Assembly: GCA_030652945.1 (NCBI GenBank)
Contig: JAUSAI010000152.1
Location: 1 to 57,315, forward strand
Reading direction: 5' to 3'
Length of the DNA: 57,315 bases
Source: Caldisericota bacterium
GTDB taxonomy: Bacteria > Caldisericota > Caldisericia > Cryosericales > Cryosericaceae
The notes under the pieces are model-generated. The model ran no database searches, was not told the DNA's origin, and was given only the letters and a program-made list of their open reading frames with translations. The position numbers were made by a program, and so were the translations under genes. This document shows, one piece after another, positions 39,832-49,896 of the stretch (within the stretch, counting starts at the first letter, position 1; every line of letters starts with the position of its first letter).

Positions 39832-40761
39832 GTGATCAGCAGAGTAGCAGTGAGTGTTCCGGCCACCTCGGCGAACTTGGGCCCAGGATTCGATACCTTT
39901 GGACTCGCGTTGGAGTTGCGCAGTACATTTGTGGCGCAGATGCTGCCGGCAGGCAGCACATGGACCGCGAGTTTCGCGGGACTCGGTGCCGACGTGCTAA
40001 ATGAGAAGGGATCGAAATTCGTAGGCGAAGTCATGGAACACTTCGAACGACAGGAAGGCGCACATCTTCCACCCCTCGCCATAGACATCCAAACGGGCAT
40101 TCCGCTGACACGGGGCTTGGGATCCAGCGCCAGCGCGATTGTCGGCCTTCTCTCCTGCTTTGAGCTTATCCTGAACACGCAGTTCAACGCTGAGAAGATC
40201 CTCAAGTACGCCATTGCAATTGAAGGGCACCCCGACAACGTCACCGCAGCGATGGTTGGGGGCTTTACGATCGCAGCCAGCGACAAGAGTGAGGCTGCGT
40301 ACATGCGAGTCGTCCCCCAGAAGCTGAAAGTGGTTATCACCATCCCCTCGGGCTTCCTGTCGACCAAGAAGGCACGGGCGTGTCTGCCGGGAGCCTACTC
40401 ACGGAGTGACACGGTGTACAACATCGGGCGCGCATCCATGCTCGCCGCCTGCATTTTCAGTGGCAACTATGATCTCCTGCCGTTTGCCCTGCACGATCGC
40501 TTACATCAGCACTATCGAGAGAAGCTGCTCGTAGGGTTTCGCGAGGTATCGCGCGCCGCAGATCGTGCAGGGGCATACGGTGCCTATCTGTCGGGAGCGG
40601 GTCCCAGCATTGCGGCGCTTGCAGCACCGGCGAATGCGGAGAAAGTGGCGTCTGCAATGCAGAAGGCCATGATCGCTCTGGACACTGACGCGGAGACGAA
40701 AGTGCTCGACATAGCGTCGGAAGGGGTTCGTCTCCTGCCGTCCGAGAACCATTTGGCGTGA
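39832..40761 (+). CDS. thrB: homoserine kinase
   Basis: VPATSANLGPGFD, IPLTRGLGSS, EGHPDN, SGAGP; GTG start after GGAGG. Confidence 0.96.
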   Translation: MISRVAVSVPATSANLGPGFDTFGLALELRSTFVAQMLPAGSTWTASFAGLGADVLNEKGSKFVGEVMEHFERQEGAHLPPLAIDIQTGIPLTRGLGSSASAIVGLLSCFELILNTQFNAEKILKYAIAIEGHPDNVTAAMVGGFTIAASDKSEAAYMRVVPQKLKVVITIPSGFLSTKKARACLPGAYSRSDTVYNIGRASMLAACIFSGNYDLLPFALHDRLHQHYREKLLVGFREVSRAADRAGAYGAYLSGAGPSIAALAAPANAEKVASAMQKAMIALDTDAETKVLDIASEGVRLLPSENHLA

Positions 40762-40937
40762 CAGCATCTCTCGTTCGGAGCCGGCGTATCTTGCACTCTT
40801 CAGAAACGGATTGCTGCACCGCGGAGACAACACTTATGCACGCACTTCCACAGGTTATCCACTTCCGTGGGGCAACTTCTCTCACCGTTTCTTCACATGA
40901 GCCGCATATCCTGTGAGATAACTGTCCGCCATCAGAA

Positions 40938-40980
40938 ACGTCAGCGCGTTCCGACGGTTTCTGTCGGAACGCGCTGACGT
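40938..40980. terminator. 18-bp perfect hairpin between convergent genes
   Basis: ACGTCAGCGCGTTCCGAC-GGTTTCT-GTCGGAACGCGCTGACGT. Confidence 0.75.
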
Positions 40981-41002
40981 CAAGACTTCATAGCGGGCGT
41001 CG

Positions 41003-42478
41003 TCAGAGTGTCGCCAGCAACCCCGTGCGCTCATTGAACTGAGCGATGAGCTTGTCGAATTGCGGTGCAGCGGTCCAGATCTGCTCCCAGAACTCGGGCT
41101 CCCAAAGCTCGCGCAACTCCTCCGCAGTCTTGCCCTGCTGTTCGACCCACGTGAAGTACTTGAGGTTATGTATCTGTTTCCGGTCGCGATAGTTGAGCTC
41201 GCGGAACCAGTCTGTCTCAACTCCCTCAATGTACCGACCGTAGTCGGCCGCCGCCTGCACTTCGGAGTACGGTCCGTATGCCGAACGCATCTCCTCGATT
41301 CGCGAGAGATACATCGCGGCTGAGTCGGTGAACACCGTGAAGATGACATCGTTCTCATCCAGCTCATAGTACTTGGCCATCTTGACGGCAGCGGTCACGT
41401 TGCACAGCGACGAAATCCCCAGCAGGTTCAGCTGGTCGACGAGTGTGCGAGGGGCACCTTTCTTCTCCAGAAAGGCTCTTCCGGCCTCTTCGTTGAAGAG
41501 TCGGAGTGCATGCATCGGATAGTCGTCGTCAATCGCGGCAACGGCGTCCGTATTTCGAACGTTGTGAATCCAGGGAACGTGCTTGTCACCGATACCCTCA
41601 ATGCGATGAGCTCCGAAGCCGTTCATGTAGAGCGTCGGACACTGCAGGGCCTCGACAGCGGCGATGCGGCAGTACGGGTAGAGCTTCTTCAGATACTCAC
41701 CGGCGCTGATGGTACCGGCCGATCCGGTCGCCGAGACGTAGCCTGCCATACGGGATGAGGCGTGTCGCACTGCGTTGAAGACCTCTTCAAAGGCGGGGCC
41801 AGTCAGCGTGTAGTGCCACAGTGCATTGCCAAATTCCTCGAACTGGTTGAAGACGACAATGCGATCGCCACGCTCGGCACGAAGTTCACGGACCTTGTCG
41901 TAGATCTCCTTGACGTTCGATTCCGACCCCGGGGTTGCTATGACTTCGCTGGTTCCAATCTCGCGCAGCCAGTCGAAGCGTTCCTTGCTCATCTCCTGCG
42001 GAAGAATGGCAACGGCATCCGTCGCGAGGAGCGCGCAGTCAAATGCACCGCCGCGGCAGTAGTTCCCCGTTGATGGCCAGACAGCAGCTTGGCGGGCAGG
42101 GTCGAACTGGCCGGTCACAAGACGCGGAACCAGGCAGCCGAACGCTGCACCAACCTTATGTGAGCCGGTCGGAAAGTACTTGCCGATGATGCCGATGATA
42201 CGCGCTCGGACCCCCGTGATGGACCCCGGCAATTCAACGTAGCTGACGGGGCCGAATCCGCCCGTTTCGACATCATTGTGCCACGTGATGCGAAACAGAT
42301 TCAGCGGATTGACGTCCCACAGTCCGACGCCCTTCAGCCGTGCTTTGACTTTGTCGGGGATGCGTGACGGGTCCCCCTGTTCTGCAAATGTCGGCATGAT
42401 GATATTGCGTTTCCGCGCCAGGTTGACGTTGGCGGCCAGGACTTCTTCGCGGACGGTCATGTCGAATATGGACATCAT
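41003..42478 (-). CDS. PLP-dependent enzyme, fold type II (cysteine/threonine synthase-like), substrate unknown
   Basis: PTGSHK, PSTGN, ATGSAGT, HRIEGIG. Confidence 0.85.
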   Translation of the reverse strand: MMSIFDMTVREEVLAANVNLARKRNIIMPTFAEQGDPSRIPDKVKARLKGVGLWDVNPLNLFRITWHNDVETGGFGPVSYVELPGSITGVRARIIGIIGKYFPTGSHKVGAAFGCLVPRLVTGQFDPARQAAVWPSTGNYCRGGAFDCALLATDAVAILPQEMSKERFDWLREIGTSEVIATPGSESNVKEIYDKVRELRAERGDRIVVFNQFEEFGNALWHYTLTGPAFEEVFNAVRHASSRMAGYVSATGSAGTISAGEYLKKLYPYCRIAAVEALQCPTLYMNGFGAHRIEGIGDKHVPWIHNVRNTDAVAAIDDDYPMHALRLFNEEAGRAFLEKKGAPRTLVDQLNLLGISSLCNVTAAVKMAKYYELDENDVIFTVFTDSAAMYLSRIEEMRSAYGPYSEVQAAADYGRYIEGVETDWFRELNYRDRKQIHNLKYFTWVEQQGKTAEELRELWEPEFWEQIWTAAPQFDKLIAQFNERTGLLATL

Positions 42479-42560
42479 ATGCTCCTCTGTGTACGAGATG
42501 GCACGTGAACGTGCGGCGACGAGTGCAGTTTGATCAATCTAGCATTTACAGAACCTCGGT

Positions 42561-43304
42561 TCAACCCCTCTCTTCAAGAAGTCGGACAAGAACCTCCGTC
42601 GCATCGCGCAACGCCGCTCCAAGTTTTTCCGGGGCATCTGTCTGCTCCGGCTCGTTGTGAAAGACCGCAAACGGAACCGCACGGCTGCGCACCTGGATGT
42701 AGCCGTGGTCCTTGCCCCTAGACAGCTGTAGCCAGTCGTTGTCCCGGTAGTACCGCTCCATCTTGGCGTCCTCAAGCGAGTGGTACAAGATGGAATCAGC
42801 CTGGTCGGGACGGTATCGTCGGCGATTCTTGCGTACGGACTCCTCAAAGGAGACGTCGATATACAGAATGGCGGCCCGAGCCAGGACATCGTCAGACAGG
42901 CGAGAGAATGCCCTCTCGAATCCGCGTTCTCCACCGCGGGAGAACTCCATGAAAACCGTATGATCGGACAGCAAACCCGGGTCGCGCGCAAGCTTCTTGC
43001 GAAAATCGAGGTCGATGCGTTCAATGAAGAAGTCCCAGATACGGTCATCAAGGAAGTACAATTGGGCGTCCGTGTCCCGACGCCCAATTCCCAGGCGGTC
43101 ACGTATGCCGTCATTCTCGAATGTCTGCCAGACATAGACGAAGTCGTCCAGCTCTTCCATGACGCCGATGTGGTACTCGCCGAGTCGCTCCTCTCTTGGC
43201 AGGTTCCTCAGGAAATCGATGGTCTCGCTCTTTCCCGCGGCGGGACGGCCAATCAGGAGAACGACATCCAGCTTCTTTGTGTATTCTTCGCGAGGACTAC
43301 ACAT
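42561..43304 (-). CDS. P-loop NTPase/kinase-like hypothetical protein
   Basis: LLIGRPAAGKS Walker A; EFSRG; lid-like VRKNRRR. Confidence 0.7.
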   Translation of the reverse strand: MCSPREEYTKKLDVVLLIGRPAAGKSETIDFLRNLPREERLGEYHIGVMEELDDFVYVWQTFENDGIRDRLGIGRRDTDAQLYFLDDRIWDFFIERIDLDFRKKLARDPGLLSDHTVFMEFSRGGERGFERAFSRLSDDVLARAAILYIDVSFEESVRKNRRRYRPDQADSILYHSLEDAKMERYYRDNDWLQLSRGKDHGYIQVRSRAVPFAVFHNEPEQTDAPEKLGAALRDATEVLVRLLEERG

Positions 43305-43307
43305 GGG

Positions 43308-44123
43308 TCAGTGGCGGGCGGCGAGGCGCTCGATCAGAGATGCCAGCATGTCGTGCTCGTCCGGAAGGCCGTCGGCGAGACGAGCTGTAGCTACGGGGAG
43401 AAGCCAGTCACGCATTGACTTCGCAGCCGATGGCTGCAGTTCACGGTATCGGTGGAACCACACGCGATGGAACAGGCTGCGGGCCTCATGGTCAGCCCAG
43501 TTGTTCTGAAACGCGGTCCCCGGTGAGTTGGAGATGCGCAACATGAGCGCCGTCCTGGCTGCGTCCGAGGCAGGGTTGCCAGATGTCGAAAATGACCAGT
43601 CGATGATGACTGGTCCTCGGGCGGTCATCAGAACATTGTCTGGATGCAGGTCTCCGTGGCAAATCGTGTCACCATCTGGCAGCACGTCGAGACGTGCAAG
43701 GGCAATGCTCTTGATGCGTGACGTCACGCCGGCACGGACAATCTGCGCGCCCAGGCTTTCCTTGCGGGAGAGGATTTCTGGCGCACGGCAGGAGTGCATC
43801 TGTGCCTGCAATTCGGCGAAGAGACGGGCGTGATGGGTCACAAGGTAGGGTCGTGCGGCAAGGAGCTGCTGCATTGTCTGTCCAGTGACGCGCTCCATGA
43901 CGATTCCGCAACGGCCATCCAGGGTCACGGCCTCCAGGAATCGCGGTGACGGGATGCCCGCCTTGTTCGCCGAGCGGAGCCCTTGAATCTCCTGTTGCGA
44001 AAGCGATGTAGGAAATCCCGCGAGGAACAGTTTGAGAACGGTAGCGTTCTCCCAGGCGTACACCTCGGCAGTGCGGCCCCGCCCGATCAGAGCGGCTCGG
44101 TCGAACCTGATGTCTGTCTCCAT
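43308..44123 (-). CDS. APH/choline-kinase family phosphotransferase
   Basis: IGRGRTAEVY, LKL, CHGDLHPDNV, IIDW. Confidence 0.88.
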   Translation of the reverse strand: METDIRFDRAALIGRGRTAEVYAWENATVLKLFLAGFPTSLSQQEIQGLRSANKAGIPSPRFLEAVTLDGRCGIVMERVTGQTMQQLLAARPYLVTHHARLFAELQAQMHSCRAPEILSRKESLGAQIVRAGVTSRIKSIALARLDVLPDGDTICHGDLHPDNVLMTARGPVIIDWSFSTSGNPASDAARTALMLRISNSPGTAFQNNWADHEARSLFHRVWFHRYRELQPSAAKSMRDWLLPVATARLADGLPDEHDMLASLIERLAARH

Positions 44124-44425
44124 GTGTACGGCCGACCTCCAGTGAACCAGCGTTCTACAGCATCAGAGCCGGTTTGTGACAGTGCCGCGGAAAACGACCC
44201 CACCCCTGCCGGGCATAGTGCGGCGTCTGAGGTGGATCCAGCCCTGCATGCCGATTGTAGCACAATGCGTCGCCATCGTACAGGCCAGGCATCCATCGTA
44301 CGGGGCGGTTCTGCCCTGACGTGGCATCCGGTGTCATCGTCAAGAAGAGCTGGACGTTCGCAAATGGCGAGATGAGGCTACACTATGCACTGCTCCGACG
44401 TCGATGCAACAGGAAGTGAACCAGG

Positions 44426-44890
44426 ATGGAGTGGAACATGGATAACGCCTTGATGAATCTCACGGCTGACGAGGTCCGCGCTGCGCTGCCCCAGCGCGAG
44501 CCATTCCTCTTTGCCAATGGTTCCGCACAAGTGATTCCAGGAGAGCGGGTTTCGTCAGTCGTCAGCTATCCAGCAGGGATGTCGTTCTTTGCTGGACATT
44601 TCCCGGACGCACCCGTGACCCCCGGCATCGTCCTCCTCGAGACGATGGCGCAAGTGGGATCACTAATGGTACTGACTACGAATGAATTCCGGGGCAAGAG
44701 GGGATACATCGTTGGTGTATGTGGCGCGCGGTTCCTGCATCCAGTCCCCCCCGACGCATCTGTTGCGGTACAGGGAATCGTGGTATCATGCCGCCACGGC
44801 CTTGTCAAGACCATGATGGAGATATGGATGAAGGACGCCTGCGTAGCATCGGCGACGATAGACTCGATGTTTCGCGCTGTTCAGCGGTAA
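44426..44890 (+). CDS. fabZ: FabZ-like 3-hydroxyacyl-ACP dehydratase
   Basis: LPQREPF, FFAGHFP..PV.PG...LE.MAQ. Confidence 0.8.
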   Translation: MEWNMDNALMNLTADEVRAALPQREPFLFANGSAQVIPGERVSSVVSYPAGMSFFAGHFPDAPVTPGIVLLETMAQVGSLMVLTTNEFRGKRGYIVGVCGARFLHPVPPDASVAVQGIVVSCRHGLVKTMMEIWMKDACVASATIDSMFRAVQR

Positions 44891-44903
44891 TCGGGAGGCG
44901 ATC

Positions 44904-45473
44904 GTGCATTCACAGCAGCAGTCTGGAGGAGGCGTCAACAAGGCCGAACTCGCCCTGGGGCGCATTTGGAGGGACGTCTTCGTCAACTGGCTGGCCGCCA
45001 GCCCGCTTCTCATTAACCCCATACGAGCACTGCTTCTCAGGATGTACGGCATCCACGTCCCGTCTCACGGCATTCGACCGCTGTGTTTCTTCGGTGGTCG
45101 CGACATCTGGATTGGGGAAGGATCATTTGTCAACTATCGATGCTTCTTTGACGGGTCAGCCCCTATTCACATCGGACGCAAGTGCGGTATCGGCATGGAG
45201 GTGCTCTTCTGTACGTCGGGCCACGACATCGCGGGGCCCGAAGAGCGGGCAGGCCACGTTCACCCCAAGCCCATCACGATCGGAGATGGATGCTGGGTCG
45301 GGGCCCGGTCAGTCTTCCTTCCTGGTGCGACGGTCGGAGATGGCTGTATCATTGCGGCGGGAGCTGTCGTCATTGGAGCATGCACCCCCAACGGGTTGTA
45401 TGCCGGTGTTCCAGCGCGACGCGTCAAGGAACTTCCCGTAGAGAAGAAGGAGGATGACCATGAGAGTTCTTGA
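44904..45473 (+). CDS. hexapeptide-repeat O-acyltransferase
   Basis: [31 protein letters not shown]. Confidence 0.88.
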   Translation: MHSQQQSGGGVNKAELALGRIWRDVFVNWLAASPLLINPIRALLLRMYGIHVPSHGIRPLCFFGGRDIWIGEGSFVNYRCFFDGSAPIHIGRKCGIGMEVLFCTSGHDIAGPEERAGHVHPKPITIGDGCWVGARSVFLPGATVGDGCIIAAGAVVIGACTPNGLYAGVPARRVKELPVEKKEDDHESS

Positions 45474-45945
45474 CACCGGGTATGTCGTCACTGCAATAGG
45501 TGTTCTCGAGGTGGCGGGCGACGATCAGGCTATAGCGTCAGTGAAATTCACCGACCAGGTCAGCGATGTATCGGTGACGAATCGCGTCGTGCGAACCTGC
45601 ATGCGACAGCTGCAAGAGTACTTCTCCGGCAAGCGCAAGCGGTTCTCTGTCCCTCTCGCTCCGCACGGGACTGCGTTCCAGCAAGCGGTCTGGAAGGAGC
45701 TTCTGAGGGTTTCCTACGGCAAGACGTCGACGTACGGGGCTGTGGCCAAGGCTATTGGACGGCCACGCGCAGCGCGCGCCGTTGGGGGCGCCACCGGACG
45801 CAATCCGATTGCTGTCGTCATCCCCTGCCATCGCGTCGTAGGGGCAGACGGGAAACTGACCGGATACGCTGGAGGTCTTGACCGAAAGTCATGGCTGCTC
45901 GAACGCGAGGGCAGCCCCAGAAGGCCTTCTCCACCTCTTCGCTGA
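45460..45945 (+). CDS. ogt: methylated-DNA-protein-cysteine methyltransferase
   Basis: GTAFQ..VW, RAVGGA, IPCHRV; AGGAGG RBS. Confidence 0.95.
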   Translation: MRVLDTGYVVTAIGVLEVAGDDQAIASVKFTDQVSDVSVTNRVVRTCMRQLQEYFSGKRKRFSVPLAPHGTAFQQAVWKELLRVSYGKTSTYGAVAKAIGRPRAARAVGGATGRNPIAVVIPCHRVVGADGKLTGYAGGLDRKSWLLEREGSPRRPSPPLR

Positions 45946-46058
45946 ACGTCGTCAACTGGCTGGCGACTGGCTGTGCCGCCTCGCGCGGGTCGTTTGTCAG
46001 CATGATGCTGGTGATTCCCATCTGGTGTGCATCGCCATGACTGTGCCGTACCATGTTG

Positions 46059-46865
46059 TCATCCATCGCCCACCTCCTTCGGAACAGAGCCCTGTTGCAG
46101 TACCGCACGCAGTGCCACGACTGTCACTCCTGCAGATCCTAGCGCACGTCTCACTGCTTCGGCGATAGCTACGGCACCAGGGGTGTCGCCGTGTACACAG
46201 ATGGAGTCAGCGTGCATCGGAAGCACACTTCCGTCGACAGCCTCGACGACCTCCGAGGTGACCAGACGGAGGACCCGTGCCACAATTTCTGGAACGTCAG
46301 AGAGGACGGCATCCGGTCGAGAACGCGGGACGAGGCTGCCGTCAGGCATGTACGCGCGGTCCGCGAAGAACTCGGCGGCAAAGGCCACACCTGCGTACCG
46401 TGCAGCTGCGTGGTGCATCGTCGCGGGCATGCCCATCAGAATGAGTCCCGGGTCCGCATCACGCACTGCGCTGGCAATGGCATCAGCAAGCGCACGGTCA
46501 CGCGCGGACTCGTTGTAGAGGGCTCCATGCGGTTTCACGTGACACAACGGTATTCCGTTCGACCTGCACATTGCCGCGAGGGCACCAATCTGATAGAGGC
46601 AATAGGCATAGACTTCGTCGGGGGAGCATGCCATCGCACGCCGTCCGAATCCAGGGAGGTCGGGATAGCCGGGATGTGCACCAACCGCCACACCAAAGGA
46701 TTTTGCGAGGCGCAGGGTGGTCAGCATCACCTGCGGGTCGCCCGCGTGAAATCCACACGCAACATTCCCTGATGTCACGTGCCGGAACAGCCCCGGGTCG
46801 TCCCCGAGTGTCCAGACGCCAAAGCTTTCCCCGAGATCACTGTTGATGTCGACCATGCGATTCAT
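46059..46865 (-). CDS. pxpA: 5-oxoprolinase subunit A (LamB/YcsF)
   Basis: DINSDLGES, NVACGFHAGDP, HVKPHGALYN, CVHGD. Confidence 0.95.
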   Translation of the reverse strand: MNRMVDINSDLGESFGVWTLGDDPGLFRHVTSGNVACGFHAGDPQVMLTTLRLAKSFGVAVGAHPGYPDLPGFGRRAMACSPDEVYAYCLYQIGALAAMCRSNGIPLCHVKPHGALYNESARDRALADAIASAVRDADPGLILMGMPATMHHAAARYAGVAFAAEFFADRAYMPDGSLVPRSRPDAVLSDVPEIVARVLRLVTSEVVEAVDGSVLPMHADSICVHGDTPGAVAIAEAVRRALGSAGVTVVALRAVLQQGSVPKEVGDG

Positions 46866-46915
46866 GCGCGTCCTCCCGGTGCGGGTCTTCCCCGCTCATG
46901 TACTGACCTGGGTCG

Positions 46916-48676
46916 TCAGCCATCTCCCTGCCGAGTGTTGAGTCGGGCCAGCCATTCCCGGCGCAACTCTGCCAGTTGTTTCAGTGCAGTCCCCTGACGC
47001 CTTAGGCCTTCAACGGCCGAAGCAACGCTGCCAAGAGTGAACGTGACCGTATCTCCCGGCTGACGCTGTGCCAGCGACGCCAGCCAAGCTCGAGCGACGA
47101 CGAACGGTACTGCATAGCCCCCAGTCGTCTGGTGGTCAGCCATCAGAACGATCGGTTGGCCCGACCCTGTGACCTGCACTGCTCCAAGCGGAACCGGCGC
47201 AGAGATGATGTCGGCACTCTCTGCGAGAGAGAGGGCAGGCCCTTCGAGACGGTAGCCCATCCGGTCGGATGCAGCTGCGACTACCCAAGTTGCTGCCGTC
47301 AACGTGGAAGTTGCGTTACTGTCCAGAACATGTCGCTGTGGGCCCGGCAGGATCGGCAAGGCATCGCAGCCGGTCTTCTCCTCTCTCAGGTTTTTAGGAC
47401 ACGAGAACCCGAGAAGCGATAGTGATGCTTCCTCTAGCAGTGCGATTGGCACTGCATCACCTGCCTTCAATGCCCGTCCTTCAAGTCCGCCGGTGCGTGA
47501 TCTGAGAAGCGTCGAGCGGCTTCCCATCACGCGCGGTACTCTGATGCCGCCCGCTACGCAGAGGTAAGCCCTGCAGCCTCCGGATGGGTCCGCACCGCGG
47601 AAGGAAACGGAGTCGCCCGCACACACTGAACAGCACGTCCATGCAGGCGCATCCCGGTCGTTGACCGTCATGTGCAGGTCGGCTCCCGTGACTGCAACAA
47701 GTGCATCCGTCTCGAATCGAAGAACCGGCCCCGTAATCGTCATCTCAAGCGCGGCTGCATCAGGATCATTTCCGACAAGGACATTGCCAATTGCAAGCGC
47801 CTGTGGGTCCATAGCGCCCGAAAGGGGCATACCGATGTCCTGGTACCCCGGGCGTCCGAGATCCTGTACCGTCGTCAGCAGCCCTGCCGCTTCTACCCGC
47901 ATGGCTGGTGTTGTGACGCCGAGGCTGGAACTGTCAGCCTTCTGTGGACACACTGCTGACAACACGGTGCTTCGGCGGTCATACTCCTCACGCCCAATGG
48001 AACGAAATTCGACACGGTCGCCCGGCCGGACAAGTGTTGGAATGGTAGTCTCGGCGTCGAACAGGTGCAGGGGCGTGCGGCCAATGATGTTCCATCCCCC
48101 AGGGCTGTTGAGTGGGTAGATACCGGTCTGGCATCCCGCGATACCGACGCTGCCAGCCGGCACGCTGACTCGAGGAGCGTCCAGGCGAGGCGTTTCCAGC
48201 TGTGAGTCCAGGCCGAGCAGATACGGAAACCCGGGGAGGAATCCGAGCATTGCACACGTGTACTTCCGGCCGGCATGGCGCGCAATAACATCGTCGACGG
48301 ACAGGCCGCTTGATGCCGCGACACGGCCGAGATCGGGACCCGTGGTATCACCGTACAATACGGGGAAGACGACGGTACGCTGCGGGACAAGCATGCTACT
48401 GCGTGTCATACGACCTTCACGGAGCAACAGCGTGCACAACCCCTGCACATCTGCCTTGAGGGGATCGATGTAGATGGCCAGTGTGCAATAGCCGGGCACC
48501 AGTTCCAGGACGCCTGGGATGTGCTGTTCGGCAAGAGACGCACGCATCGTGTGGACCCGTGCGTTTGTGTCTTCACTGATGGCCGAGCCCAGCACCACTG
48601 TCAGGCAGCACTCACCTGCAGTGACAACATCGGCAAATGGTCTCTCGGCATCCATTGGCACTGATGACTCCTTCAT
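46916..48676 (-). CDS. pxpBC: fused 5-oxoprolinase subunits B+C
   Basis: GFLPGFPYL and SPGGWNIIGRT (PxpB), then TVQDLGR.G, SDRMGYRL, QTTGGY (PxpC). Confidence 0.92.
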   Translation of the reverse strand: MKESSVPMDAERPFADVVTAGECCLTVVLGSAISEDTNARVHTMRASLAEQHIPGVLELVPGYCTLAIYIDPLKADVQGLCTLLLREGRMTRSSMLVPQRTVVFPVLYGDTTGPDLGRVAASSGLSVDDVIARHAGRKYTCAMLGFLPGFPYLLGLDSQLETPRLDAPRVSVPAGSVGIAGCQTGIYPLNSPGGWNIIGRTPLHLFDAETTIPTLVRPGDRVEFRSIGREEYDRRSTVLSAVCPQKADSSSLGVTTPAMRVEAAGLLTTVQDLGRPGYQDIGMPLSGAMDPQALAIGNVLVGNDPDAAALEMTITGPVLRFETDALVAVTGADLHMTVNDRDAPAWTCCSVCAGDSVSFRGADPSGGCRAYLCVAGGIRVPRVMGSRSTLLRSRTGGLEGRALKAGDAVPIALLEEASLSLLGFSCPKNLREEKTGCDALPILPGPQRHVLDSNATSTLTAATWVVAAASDRMGYRLEGPALSLAESADIISAPVPLGAVQVTGSGQPIVLMADHQTTGGYAVPFVVARAWLASLAQRQPGDTVTFTLGSVASAVEGLRRQGTALKQLAELRREWLARLNTRQGDG

Positions 48677-49117
48677 GCGATGATGATACTGGCGCCAGGT
48701 GAACCGTGGCCGATCCGGTGGTCCACGAACACGAGGAGCGGACTCTTGGGATCACGCAACGGATTAATCGTATTGGCGGTACTCGACCATATCGACCGAA
48801 ACGGTCGGTCCAACGCGTCGCTGTTCCACGGCAGTTCGGTCACCTCACGTTTCACGGTACCTCCGTTGATGCAAGGGTCCCCGAGCCTTCTCCAGAGTCT
48901 TGCCGTCCACAGGATATCGGAAGCACTTGGCAATGCAATTTGGAACGTCGAACAGGCAATTGATGTCATCACATATTGCCGTTGAATTCGTTCTGTCACC
49001 GGGTATAACGGGGACAGCTGGAGACGCAGTGGACGTCCCATTGGGGGCGCCTCAGCCACACCACCGTGACACCACAGAAGGGTGTCAAGTGAGAGTGCAA
49101 ACGTCGGGAGGTTGATG

Positions 49118-49819
49118 ATGATTACGTGCATCTCCGCCAGCAACAGGCATTTCTCCGATCAACGATGGCAGCAGGCGTACTGGCTCTTCTCGTTCTCGGA
49201 CTACTATGACTCGGGCAACGTGCGGCTGGGCAAGCTGCGCATTTTCAATGACGTCGTCGTTCAGCCACATGAGGGGTTTGGAGTCCATCCGCACGAGGAG
49301 ATGGAGATCGTCACCATCATGCTTTCGGGCCAGATGACGCATACCGACAGCGCGGGAGCACGGGTGGTCATTCACTCCGGTGACGTGGTGCGTATGACAG
49401 CGGGAACGGGAATCACGCACTCGGAGAGGAACCTTTCAGGCGAGCCGGCACGCTTTCTCCAGATATGGATATTCCCTGATCAGCAAGGGCTACTGCCTTC
49501 CTATCAGCAGGCAAGTTTTGCACCAAGCGGTTTCGCGGGCAAGCTAGTGCCGCTGGCATCAGGGCGTGGTCATGCGGGAGCCGTCGGAATGCATGCGGAC
49601 GCCGCCATCTATCGCGCTTGCTTCCAGAGTGGATTCAAGGTCGACTACGCAGTGGGAGCGGACAGGTCTGCCCTCATCTACGTCCTGTCCGGCTTGATGA
49701 CGGTAAACGGATTCGCAGTTGAGCAAGGGGGTCACGCCCGTGTCCAGAAAGAAGAGGGCATAACGCTGGCAAGTCCCTCCGACTCGGAATTCATACTTGT
49801 CGACGTAGCAGCTCGCTGA
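49118..49819 (+). CDS. pirin family (YhhW-like) protein
   Basis: FSF.DYYD, GFG.HPH..MEI, H.DS.G, MTAGTGI.HSE.N, LQIWI. Confidence 0.93.
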   Translation: MITCISASNRHFSDQRWQQAYWLFSFSDYYDSGNVRLGKLRIFNDVVVQPHEGFGVHPHEEMEIVTIMLSGQMTHTDSAGARVVIHSGDVVRMTAGTGITHSERNLSGEPARFLQIWIFPDQQGLLPSYQQASFAPSGFAGKLVPLASGRGHAGAVGMHADAAIYRACFQSGFKVDYAVGADRSALIYVLSGLMTVNGFAVEQGGHARVQKEEGITLASPSDSEFILVDVAAR

Positions 49820-49896
49820 TTCGCTTGTCGATTGCCGGCCGCTTGTTCTGTCAGTTGTTCTCCAGTATTGTATGATAGTCTTGCCAGCCAGATGAT

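Noticed and set aside
46531-46546. parS-like GGTTTCACGTGACACA
   Set aside because: Two mismatches, and it coincides with the conserved HVKPHG codons of pxpA, so protein constraint explains it
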